The notes beneath the pieces are model-generated. The model ran no database searches. It had not been told where the DNA came from and saw only the letters and a list, made by a program, of their open reading frames with translations. A stretch of DNA of 64,000 bases. Source: Nitrosopumilaceae archaeon. Its GTDB lineage: Archaea; Thermoproteota; Nitrososphaeria; Nitrososphaerales; Nitrosopumilaceae. The stretch spans positions 320,001-384,000 of the forward strand of contig OZ242274.1 of assembly GCA_965207375.1 (NCBI GenBank), written 5' to 3'. Positions within the stretch are counted from its first letter, which is position 1. Every line of letters starts with the position of its first letter. The position numbers were made by a program, and so were the translations under genes. Shown in pieces: positions 31,838 through 40,951 of the stretch.

Positions 31838-33551
31838 GTAACAATTGAAGAAATTTTGTAACATTCCCACTTTCTAAAGTTCCTTATATAGTCAGGCAGT
31901 AAAGCATAAGGATCACCACTATCAGCATAAAATATGCTGCCAGGATTTGATCTTGAGGGAATAGATTGGAAGAATCCCGATGTCAACAGGCTTTTCGAGG
32001 TTCTTACTGAAAAATTTGATCAAATGGATAAACAAATTAAAGATCTACAAAAAGACAATCATCTAAAAGATGTAAAAAGTGAACAAGTGATTGCAGAAAA
32101 TAAACAGCTAAAAGAAGAAATGGTTCAACTAAAAAAACTCATAGCAAAGCTGCAAAAGAAAAAAACAAGATCCAGTCATGTCAGTAGCTATAACACCAGA
32201 GAGTACAAGGGATACCCAAAGATCAAAAAACAAAAGACACAGCCAAAATATACACAGCAAGAATCTGAGACTAACAATCTAACCATAGATCACAAGTTTT
32301 GTCCACAATGTGGTAATGCTCTTGCAGATTCATCAAGCAAATACACCAGAAACGGTGAATCAATAATAGACGGCAAATGGTCTAACGTCAATATGACCAT
32401 TGTAGGCAGATACTGCAAAAAATGTGCACAAATGCAATATGCAAAACCTGTTGACTTTTTGTCCAATGAAAAATTTAGCATCACTATAATGGCAAGAATT
32501 TCTACAATGAGACACCTGACTATATCGTATGGCAAAATACAGAAACTCTTGCAGATGTTTTACGGCAAAAATATGGCAATCTCTACACTAGAAAGACTTG
32601 ATGCGCAAGCCTCAAAATGCCTAGAACCGCTCTACTATTCGCTTCTTGATGAGATTACCAAGGCAAAAATCGTAGGAGGTGATGAAACAGGATGGTATCT
32701 AAACGGCAAACTATGCTGGGCATGGGTGTTTCATTCGATATACACGGTAGTATATCACATCTCACAATCTAGAAGCAAAATGGTATCTGAGACGTTTCTA
32801 AAGGATTTTGAGGGCATACTAATGGGTGACTCTCATCCTGGATGGAGTGTTGCAGACATACTTCAAAAATGCCTGCTACACTATTTCAGGGACATGTACA
32901 GAACGCTTGAAAAAAATGACAAAAAAGAATTTCAGAGCTTCTTTGATGAACTATACAAGATACTAAAATCTGCAATAAAGCTTGGCAAAAAACATGACAC
33001 AGTACAGGACATTGCAAAGGGCAGTATAACCAAACTGCAAAAAAGAATCAATGCACTTGCTACAGGAACATATGAGGATGAAGATTGTCTCATATATGTA
33101 AAGCGACTAAAGCGTGAGGGTAACTCTTTGCTGACATTTCTAAAATATGATGGCGTGCCGTACCACAACAACGCAAGCGAGCAGGCAATGCGCATATTTG
33201 CCATAATGCGAAAAGTATTCTACGGTAGTCGCTCAGAGAAAGGCCTCAAAACCACAGAGATACGTCAAAGCATATTTGCCACATGTGAAAGGCGCGATGT
33301 AAATCCGTATCCGTTTGTCAAGGAATATCTGCGTGGCAATATCAAAGAAATCCCCATGCCAAAAGTCACAGTTGCTGCATGATATAATCAAATGTACAGT
33401 GTATAATACACAAAATTTGATGCTGTATGATCATTTCTATAGTCTGGATATGTTCTGTGCCGGTTCATTGTCGTAAACTGCACTAGGGTTTTGCATGCAG
33501 TTTCATGGATCATCTAAAAACCAGAGTAACTTCAGAAGGTCGATCTGTTAC
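31838..33551 (+). mobile_element. Second IS66-family element (different isoform)
   Basis: Imperfect ends GTAACAATTGA / TCGATCTGTTAC; no matching 8-bp TSD, so the left boundary is uncertain. Confidence 0.65.
31934..33382 (+). CDS. IS66 family transposase
   Basis: Coiled coil, CPQCG zinc finger, GDETGW, QKCLLHYFR, HNNASEQAMR. Confidence 0.92.
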   Translation: MLPGFDLEGIDWKNPDVNRLFEVLTEKFDQMDKQIKDLQKDNHLKDVKSEQVIAENKQLKEEMVQLKKLIAKLQKKKTRSSHVSSYNTREYKGYPKIKKQKTQPKYTQQESETNNLTIDHKFCPQCGNALADSSSKYTRNGESIIDGKWSNVNMTIVGRYCKKCAQMQYAKPVDFLSNEKFSITIMARISTMRHLTISYGKIQKLLQMFYGKNMAISTLERLDAQASKCLEPLYYSLLDEITKAKIVGGDETGWYLNGKLCWAWVFHSIYTVVYHISQSRSKMVSETFLKDFEGILMGDSHPGWSVADILQKCLLHYFRDMYRTLEKNDKKEFQSFFDELYKILKSAIKLGKKHDTVQDIAKGSITKLQKRINALATGTYEDEDCLIYVKRLKREGNSLLTFLKYDGVPYHNNASEQAMRIFAIMRKVFYGSRSEKGLKTTEIRQSIFATCERRDVNPYPFVKEYLRGNIKEIPMPKVTVAA

Positions 33552-34155
33552 GATTTCTCTTAGAGTACAGTAGCAAGTACGATGATCCTTGTGTAAAATA
33601 TTCAGAGATAGCAAAATATTTTTTCAAATACTATTGGCTACAAGAATGTAAATCAAAGCTACGACAGGGACCACAAAATCAGGCAGTTGGAGTAATAGAA
33701 AAGATAAGAGAGGAATTCAAAAAAGATTCGTATCCTGAAACGTTTGAGGAGATAGAAAAAGAAGAAGAACAAAAAATAAAAAATTGCATTAAAAAAATCA
33801 CCCCCATATGCCGCAAGGACGTAATACACAGATTTCAGGGGAAACGTGAGGAGAGTAAGATATTTTACAAGTATTTTGCCAAAGATTACAAGGACAAGTC
33901 AGGTAACATGGGAACAGATCCCAAGGGTGGTATACTGTTAAACCCAGACGCAATGCGATTCTTCAAAAGAAACTTTGTACCGCTATACAAGTCAGTAATT
34001 CTTGAATGGATACGTTTTCTTGACAAGAAAAATTTTGGTGTGCCGTATATAGTAGACAAAATAGAGGGAAACAATACAGGCCCAAGGGATCAGAAAAGAT
34101 TCCTCAAATATCTTAAACTGTTTGAGGATAGGTGTTTTTACTGTAATGACTCTTT
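33552..34155 (+). pseudogene. HNH endonuclease, 5' part (N-terminus removed by the upstream IS66)
   Basis: Stop-free frame FLLEY...KYYW...CFYCNDSL ending at the IS66 TSD. Confidence 0.85.
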
Positions 34156-35649
34156 GTACTTGTTCACCTATTTTTGAGCATTTTTGGCCCTAAATGTACC
34201 GAACCAGCTCTGCTAGATAATCCTGTCCCAGATTCTTCCAGGTAGTAACACACGTATACAGATTGCCTCTACGCTCCATACTTTTTTCAGATCTGAGACA
34301 TCCACGTATTCTCCTGCACACGACATACTCACGCAGGCTCTGCTCTGCAAGATTGCTTGTAGATGGTATACGAGGGTCTATGACAAACCGGAACATGTCA
34401 GGTATGGCCCGTGACAGTTTTGCTACAAATTTACCCACAATTTCATCATTGGCATACCTTTTGACAAGGTTACGTGTTCTTTTTTCCAATTGTACAGCAT
34501 ATGATTCTCTGTAATCAGGTGGTTTGTCTAGGACATGTTTGCCGTCATGGTATATTTTCTGTAGGCATTGTAGTGTATTTTTTGCAATTTTAGAATCTGG
34601 ATTCTTTTGTGATATTGTTTTGATTTCACGTATTAGGTGCGCGTTACATCTCTGGATGATATATCTGCGGTATGGAGGCCATCCGTCACAGGTAATGATT
34701 ATATCTTGTGAGTCACCTATTATTTCCTTGAGTACGTCTGCTCCTCTGCTGGGATTAATTATATAGAAATTCTCACTTGTAATTGGATTATGAAACGTCC
34801 ACAACCATATAGTCTTTCCATGCAGTCGCTCTGATGTCTCATCTGCTATCAGAATCTCGGCTTCCTGTATCTTTTCTTTTATCTCATTTGCAGGCACAAA
34901 TAACGCATCAGAGACTGTATCTATGATGTTTTGAATACCTCCTTCAGATATTTCGATTCCACGTCTTTTCATGGCCTCCTTGTTCATACGTACCGGCATG
35001 CGATGTATGTGATTATCCATTATCTCCTTTATCACTTCATTTCCAAACTGACCCTTTTTTGGAATGTCAACCTCGGGTGTAATGTCAGTAGCTCCACAGC
35101 AGTTGCAATGATACCCATGAATCTTGTGCTTGCAAGTATGTGGAGGAGGAGTTTTCACAATATCAGTTATTATCCTGATTTTGGTGTCTGTATGGTGTAT
35201 GTCTTGAGAACCACACTTGGTACACGTGTCTAATTTGTGCTCTTTTTCTTCATCTACTTTGACCTTGCGGGCTACACCTGTGCGACCAGGTTGTCCTCCC
35301 TGTTTTTTTCCAGTAGATTTTTTGTTCTCTGCACGTATTTTGCGGTCCTGCTTGCGTGTAATGGAATCCTTAGATGGAGGAGTATTGGAATTGTCATGAT
35401 AGTTGTCACGTTTGGTAAGCTCTTGAATTTTTTTATCTTTTTGTAGTAGGAGGTCATCTTTTTGTAATATGATTTTTTGTAAACTTGATACTAGAGATTC
35501 AAGAAGAAGGACTTTTCGGTGTTCCTTTTTGTATGCACTTTTCCAGTTGATGGTACTCATTATACAACTTGTGAGTCAGAATGATTTAGATCTGATGGTG
35601 ATCAAAATTTGAACAAATGGTGAAATTGTAGACACCACGTGAACAAGTA
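34156..35649 (-). mobile_element. IS66 element copy 2; last base of its TIR displaced to 37071 by an IS110 insertion
   Basis: Near-identical to 16637-18129; TSD GACTCTTT at 34148-34155 and 37072-37079. Confidence 0.95.
34190..35560 (-). CDS. IS66 family transposase (intact)
   Basis: 456-aa ORF with leucine zipper, zinc finger and DDE motifs. Confidence 0.93.
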   Translation of the reverse strand: MSTINWKSAYKKEHRKVLLLESLVSSLQKIILQKDDLLLQKDKKIQELTKRDNYHDNSNTPPSKDSITRKQDRKIRAENKKSTGKKQGGQPGRTGVARKVKVDEEKEHKLDTCTKCGSQDIHHTDTKIRIITDIVKTPPPHTCKHKIHGYHCNCCGATDITPEVDIPKKGQFGNEVIKEIMDNHIHRMPVRMNKEAMKRRGIEISEGGIQNIIDTVSDALFVPANEIKEKIQEAEILIADETSERLHGKTIWLWTFHNPITSENFYIINPSRGADVLKEIIGDSQDIIITCDGWPPYRRYIIQRCNAHLIREIKTISQKNPDSKIAKNTLQCLQKIYHDGKHVLDKPPDYRESYAVQLEKRTRNLVKRYANDEIVGKFVAKLSRAIPDMFRFVIDPRIPSTSNLAEQSLREYVVCRRIRGCLRSEKSMERRGNLYTCVTTWKNLGQDYLAELVRYI

Positions 35650-35751
35650 TCCATGTGCCATATTATTAAAAATTCCCCACGTTTTTAATCCCGACATGTA
35701 TCCATGTGCCATATTATTAAAAATTCCCCACGTTTTTAATCCCGACATGTA
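35650..35751. repeat. Exact 51-bp tandem duplication of the IS110 right end
   Basis: TCCATGTGCC...CCCGACATGTA at 35650-35700 and 35701-35751. Confidence 0.95.
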
Positions 35752-35912
35752 TGGCATAGCCTAATTCTAATTTCCAAACCGCAAGGGTCCAAAGATAAAG
35801 AAGCGAATACTTATCCATCCGAGTCAATCGCAATGATTACTCATTATCATTCTTCATTCTTTTATCAGGCATACTGCAATTACAAAACGAGGCAACAAAC
35901 TAGGTCTGTTCC
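35701..35912 (-). ncRNA. Candidate IS110 bridge/seek RNA
   Basis: Three predicted hairpins; internal loop carries an 8-nt match to the element circle junction. Confidence 0.55.
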
Positions 35913-37061
35913 TCATACATGTTCCCGCAACCGGGTATCCTGACTGTAATTTGTAATAAACTCTCTTCTCTCCTTGAGCATTGTGTGAATCATTCGTAAC
36001 ATCTTAGAAGCAGCAGCAACTGTTGCCTTTGATGTTCCTCTCTTTTTTGCAATCCTTATGAAAAATTTTGAAATATCAGAATTTGGTGCACACCTTACAT
36101 GAGACAGGACACTTTCTACTAGAACCCATCTGCATATGTTGCTTCCAGTATGTGTTATGTGTCCATAGTGTACCGTGTTTCCTGATGATCTAACCGATGG
36201 AACCACACCAATATACGAGCACAGCTTGTGTGATTTGACAAATCTTTCAATTCCGTCTATTGTACATGATATCACCAGTGCAGTATATGCTCCAACTCCT
36301 GGAATGCTTTGTAGTAAAGTTGCATCTTCATTTTCCTTTGCTGCCTGACGTATTCTGGCATCAGACTGGAGTATTTTGTCATTGATGAACGTAATTATAT
36401 CCAAATACGCATTTATCCTATAGTCATTTATTGCTCTGACCTGTGCAAGCCAAGGCGTGTAAAATGGTGCACCTGAGGGCTGGATTGATTTTTGTAGTAA
36501 AATTCCATGGACTGAATTTTTCAACCCTGTTCTGTGACGGACCAGAGTATATCGATAGTTTACCAAATCCCTGTTGTCCATGTTTTGTGCTGAGGGCACG
36601 TGGCACGGTATAGTGTATCCTCCTCTGAGTAAATCTGCTAGAATTTTAGCATCTACCTTGTCTGTCTTCTTTTTGGATTCTGCAATGAGTCTATTCATAC
36701 GAGGATTGGACAGTATGACATCTAGGTGTAACTTGTCTCTTATTTGAAAAAATGCAGCCTTCCATACAGATGAGGATTCAATTACTAGTTTTGAATTTGG
36801 ATGTATGTATCCTAGGCAATCCTTGATGTCCTCTGGATTGTTTCGTATCTTCTTGTTGGCCAGTTCATTACCGTCTGCATCCATGATAGATATCTGAATG
36901 GTCTTTTTGTGAACGTCTAGACCGACAAAACAGGGTTCCATAGATACCCTCAATTTTACGGTTTTGTGTTTGTTTGCATTGGTGCTTGAGCGGGATCTTG
37001 TAGAACGGGATCTTGTAGAACTTGGACTACTGCCATCATCTAATTTCCTTGATCGGGGCAC
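35913..37061 (-). CDS. IS110 family DEDD recombinase (start may be ATG at 36941)
   Basis: GLDVHK, IESSS, KKTDKVDA (DEDD); SIPGVG, RSSG serine, VAAASKM. Confidence 0.93.
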   Translation of the reverse strand: MPRSRKLDDGSSPSSTRSRSTRSRSSTNANKHKTVKLRVSMEPCFVGLDVHKKTIQISIMDADGNELANKKIRNNPEDIKDCLGYIHPNSKLVIESSSVWKAAFFQIRDKLHLDVILSNPRMNRLIAESKKKTDKVDAKILADLLRGGYTIPCHVPSAQNMDNRDLVNYRYTLVRHRTGLKNSVHGILLQKSIQPSGAPFYTPWLAQVRAINDYRINAYLDIITFINDKILQSDARIRQAAKENEDATLLQSIPGVGAYTALVISCTIDGIERFVKSHKLCSYIGVVPSVRSSGNTVHYGHITHTGSNICRWVLVESVLSHVRCAPNSDISKFFIRIAKKRGTSKATVAAASKMLRMIHTMLKERREFITNYSQDTRLREHV

Positions 37062-37071
37062 ATATGATTAC

Positions 37072-37434
37072 GACTCTTTAAAGTTTGATAGCAAGACTCA
37101 CGTTGATCACGTGATTCCGTTTGATTACATCGGCGATACGAAAATGTGGAATTTGGTTTTGTCCTGTCAAAAATGTAACTGTGAAAAGCTTGGTAACCTG
37201 CCTCCCTGCTACTTTGTCAAAAGACTGACAAATCGCAATAAAAAATTTAAAAAAATAACTAACGAAGAATTAAACAAAAGCAATGACCGGAAAACTAAAA
37301 AGAACATGAAGGACATAAAGGAGATGCTAGACATGGAGGGCAAAGAGAATCTTGACTGGCATTATGCAAATGCAACCAACCATGGATATCCCATATTGAA
37401 TAACTTTCCAAAAAAAATCAAACGAATTATTTAA
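37072..37434 (+). pseudogene. HNH endonuclease, 3' part
   Basis: DSLKFDSKTHVDHVIPF...WNLVLSCQKCNCEK joins in frame with the 5' part through the TSD. Confidence 0.85.
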
Positions 37435-37511
37435 AAATATTATACAGACTAAATTGGATGTAAAATTTATGATTTTGTTATTTTTTATGCATGCTAATAT
37501 ACAATCACAAA

Positions 37512-37580
37512 TACGGAATATACAGGTTTTCACTGCCAATGCTACGGAATATACAGGTTTTCACTGCCAATGCTACGGAA
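37512..37580. repeat. 31-bp tandem duplication (2.2 copies)
   Basis: TACGGAATATACAGGTTTTCACTGCCAATGC x2 plus TACGGAA. Confidence 0.9.
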
Positions 37581-37764
37581 CTATATTCTGAACAGAATGA
37601 CTAGTTTACACTAGACAAAAATGGGAAATCTTTTAGAATCAAATCATAGAGACAAAAATCCTTTACAAAAAAGTTACCTATGGATGATGCTCAATGATGA
37701 TTGTACAAACTAAGACATGATGACATGTTAGATCTGGGCACGGATTGTCGCTCTTCACGTAAAT

Positions 37765-37865
37765 CAGCTAAACGAAATGTGGACAAAATAGGTCAAAATC
37801 TACCCCAAAATGCAAATAGAATAATAGGGGCGAGGTAAGAATTTGGGTCACATTTTTCTTAGCTG
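37765..37865 (-). mobile_element. ~100-bp MITE, copy 2 (inverted)
   Basis: CAGCTAAACGAAATGTG...CACATTTTTCTTAGCTG; reverse-complement homolog of the other copies. Confidence 0.78.
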
Positions 37866-38702
37866 ATCTGTGGGAACTTTTGATATCAAACCCGCATGTT
37901 TTGCTAAAAGTACCCCGATCAGTATGGCCACTGCAATAATTACTATGGTTCCAGAGGGTGCAGTACTGTAATAGTATGACAAAAGAATTCCGCTTATCAC
38001 AGATACAACTGAAATGCACATTGATATTCCAATTGTCTTTTTAAAGCCCTTTCCAAACATCATTGCAGAAATGTTTGGGATGACGACAAGAGCAGATATC
38101 AACAAAATGCCAACTAGTCTCATTGAGGTCACGACTGTTATAGATGCAAGTATGACAAATGCATAGTTTAACAAGGTGACTGGCAGTCCTGCAAGTTTAG
38201 CTTGCTCTTCATTAAATGTTAGTTGCAGGAACTGTTTTTGCAGTAAAACCAAGGTGATAATAATGCCCGTACTGATTGTAAGAATAATTATCATGTCCTC
38301 GTGACTTATCAGTAAAATACTTCCAAAGAGAAAGCTAAACAGATCGACTGAAAAACCGCCTGATGCGCTAATCAAAATAACACCGATTGACAGTCCAGAG
38401 ACTAAAACCACGGCTACTGCTGCATCTCCAGATATCTTTGTGCTTTGTCTAAGCTTTTGTAATCCTAATCCTCCCAAAATGGAAACAATGAATGCAGTCC
38501 AAAGCGGAAATATCCCTAGAACCAGACCTACCGATATTCCACCAAATGCAACATGTGCAATGCCGTCTCCAAATAATGAATATCTTCGAAGTACAAGAAA
38601 TGTGCCCATAAAAGAACAAATCAGGGCAACCGCAATTCCTGAGATCAGTGCTTTTTGAATGAATCCATAAGAGAGTACTTCAAGAACCATTTGGTAGATC
38701 AC
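37848..38702 (-). CDS. znuB: Zn/Mn ABC transporter permease
   Basis: VLRRYSLFGDGIAH, FLFGSIL, VGILLISAL. Confidence 0.88.
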   Translation of the reverse strand: MIYQMVLEVLSYGFIQKALISGIAVALICSFMGTFLVLRRYSLFGDGIAHVAFGGISVGLVLGIFPLWTAFIVSILGGLGLQKLRQSTKISGDAAVAVVLVSGLSIGVILISASGGFSVDLFSFLFGSILLISHEDMIIILTISTGIIITLVLLQKQFLQLTFNEEQAKLAGLPVTLLNYAFVILASITVVTSMRLVGILLISALVVIPNISAMMFGKGFKKTIGISMCISVVSVISGILLSYYYSTAPSGTIVIIAVAILIGVLLAKHAGLISKVPTDQLRKM

Positions 38703-38710
38703 CTAAAATT

Positions 38711-39520
38711 TCAATGCATGTTATGGTGATGCATATGCATCTGCATCGATGATTCTGTGTATGTTTTTAAAAGTTCCTCATCAGAGAAGAATTTGTCTTT
38801 TTGTCCATGAAAGAACATTTTTTTGTTCATACATGCAACTTTGTTTGCATGTTTTGATATGGCATCAAGGTCATGAGACGACCAAATAATGGTAATTTTG
38901 TTTTCTTTATTTATCTTTTTGATAACATTATAGAATTTTGTTTGTGATTCAACATCTACACTAGTTACAGGTTCATCTAGAATAAGCAACACGGGATCTT
39001 TTACAAGTGATTTTGCAATAAAAACACGTTGTAGTTCTCCTCCGGATAACTCGCCAATTCTTCTGTTTCGCAAAGCTTCGAGTCCTACCGTCCTTAGAGC
39101 CTCAGTTACTTTGTCACTACTGTTTGTAATTTTTTTGTATACCCTATTCCAGCAACAGTCACATTGTTGAATCAGTTTGGTTCCCTTGAGGAGTTTGTTA
39201 TCAGATACTATTCCCATAGACACTATATCATATACGGTGGCAGGGAAATTCGGTTCAAATGTTACTTCTTGAGGCACGTAACCAATTAATGGCAATAGAG
39301 AACGATGCTTTGATCCTTCAAATCCAAATAGTTTGATTTTCCCAGAATACTGCTGTAATCCTAAAATTGCCCTAAACAGTGTGGTTTTACCTGCACCATT
39401 TGGTCCAACAATTCCAAGCAAATCTCCCTCACGCACATCAAAACTGATCTGTTCAACTGCCAGATGATTGTTATAACCTACATTAAGATCTTTTACATCT
39501 AGTACACTGGTCATTGACAT
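38711..39520 (-). CDS. znuC: Zn/Mn ABC transporter ATP-binding protein
   Basis: GPNGAGKTT, GYVPQ, LSGGELQR, ILDEP, SHD. Confidence 0.9.
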   Translation of the reverse strand: MSMTSVLDVKDLNVGYNNHLAVEQISFDVREGDLLGIVGPNGAGKTTLFRAILGLQQYSGKIKLFGFEGSKHRSLLPLIGYVPQEVTFEPNFPATVYDIVSMGIVSDNKLLKGTKLIQQCDCCWNRVYKKITNSSDKVTEALRTVGLEALRNRRIGELSGGELQRVFIAKSLVKDPVLLILDEPVTSVDVESQTKFYNVIKKINKENKITIIWSSHDLDAISKHANKVACMNKKMFFHGQKDKFFSDEELLKTYTESSMQMHMHHHNMH

Positions 39521-40797
39521 TCCAAAGCAATCCTTAGAGCTTTCAAGTTTTGTTCCATTTTATCAATATACGTGATGTTTTGTCCGATTTCATCTTGAGT
39601 CAATGCCTCAAGCGGACTAAACAACAAAACTTGGGCACCTGCCTCATCTGCAATTACCTCGGCAAGTCTAGGATCTACTAGTTCTTCGGCAAATATTACC
39701 TTGATGTCATTATCACGAATAAAGTCTACAAATTCTGCAATCTCTGCAGCCGAGGCCTCAGATTCGGGAGCAATTCCACCTAGAGGCATTATGTGAAGGT
39801 TGTATCTTTGGGCAAGATACGTAAATGCATTATGGAACGGAACAAATGTATCCTTGCTACATGATGATAAAGATGATTCAAAATTTGCATCCAAAGCATC
39901 TAGCTGTGCATTGTATGCTTGAGCATTTTGCTCATAATGTTCCTTATTTTGAGGATCTACTGTGATAAGACCGTCTCTAATGTTGTTTACTTGATGTTTT
40001 GCCAATATTGGATCTAGCCAGATATGCGGGTCAAACTCTAATTCATGATTGTGTCCGTCATGTTCATCTTCATGTCCTTCATCTTCATGTTCATCTTCAT
40101 GTCCTTCATCTTTGGCCTCATCGCCGTGTTCATCTTCCTCCATTCCCAGAATGAAATGATGTATTTCCTCAATTCCTTGCTCAGGGCTAAAATGACCATC
40201 CTCTACCTCATGTAACAGTTCTTCAATACCCTCAATTGTTTGATTGCCATGATCATGACCATCTCCTTCATGTTGATGTAAAATTTCCTCTATTTGTTCA
40301 AGTGTTTGTGATTCATTAATGTGTCCATGTTCATACTCTTCTATTATAGCCTCTAATTCCTCAATGAATTCTTCTGCATGTCCCATCTCTGTTTTAATTA
40401 ACTGAACTGACTCGGATGCTTTGAGAAACAACACATGGTTAAATTCTCCAGATTCTATCAGATTATCAACATAAGACTCTATTCCTAGTCCAGTGTATAC
40501 AAAAACATCTGCATCCTCAAGTGACTGAATCTCTAATGCTCTAGGTTCCCAGTCATGGGCCCCCACTCCAAATGGAAGGTACTGTTCTACGATTGCGTGA
40601 TCTCCGGCGACATTTTTGGTAAACTCATAGTATGGAAAAAAGGATGCAAAAACCTTGATCTTGTCTGTATCATCTATAACCGTCGGCTGTGGCGTGTTTG
40701 TAGGCATTGTACTGTCAAATCCGCCTGCAATAATGATTCCTGCAATAACTGCAACGGCGACGCCGATTCCGATTGATGCAATGACTGAGTTTTTCAT
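39511..40797 (-). CDS. znuA: Zn/Mn ABC substrate-binding protein with long His/Glu-rich insert
   Basis: HDWEP, DPHIWLDP, FHNAFTYL; EHEDEGHED repeats. Confidence 0.88.
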   Translation of the reverse strand: MKNSVIASIGIGVAVAVIAGIIIAGGFDSTMPTNTPQPTVIDDTDKIKVFASFFPYYEFTKNVAGDHAIVEQYLPFGVGAHDWEPRALEIQSLEDADVFVYTGLGIESYVDNLIESGEFNHVLFLKASESVQLIKTEMGHAEEFIEELEAIIEEYEHGHINESQTLEQIEEILHQHEGDGHDHGNQTIEGIEELLHEVEDGHFSPEQGIEEIHHFILGMEEDEHGDEAKDEGHEDEHEDEGHEDEHDGHNHELEFDPHIWLDPILAKHQVNNIRDGLITVDPQNKEHYEQNAQAYNAQLDALDANFESSLSSCSKDTFVPFHNAFTYLAQRYNLHIMPLGGIAPESEASAAEIAEFVDFIRDNDIKVIFAEELVDPRLAEVIADEAGAQVLLFSPLEALTQDEIGQNITYIDKMEQNLKALRIALECQ

Positions 40798-40809
40798 ATT
40801 ACCTTCTGC

Positions 40810-40945
40810 AACAAATTATTAATAACGTAATATAAACTTAATAAAAACTCTCAGAATTTCTAAAATTATTAATAATAAAAAAGAAATAATTCATTTTAAA
40901 GTTATTAAAAAATAATACTAGGTTTAAATAATAATTAATAATCAG
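40810..40945. promoter_or_regulatory. Divergent promoter with repeated TTATTAATAA palindromes (putative metalloregulator operator)
   Basis: AT-rich intergenic region between znuA and the NikR-like gene; palindrome present twice plus variants. Confidence 0.45.
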
Positions 40946-40951
40946 CATATT

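Larger units (their letters stand above)
35650..37070 (-). mobile_element. IS110 family (IS1111-type) element
   Basis: TA core at both junctions (35648-35649, 37069-37070); subterminal IR ATGTGCC 35653-35659 / GGCACAT 37057-37063; long 3' non-coding end. Confidence 0.9.

Noticed and set aside
36964-37071. N-terminus of the 156-aa + strand ORF
   Set aside because: Antisense read-through of the IS110 left end; only 37072 onward belongs to the HNH gene
37512-37580. 31-bp direct repeats as a mini CRISPR array
   Set aside because: Repeats are contiguous with no spacers and there are no cas genes; simple tandem duplication
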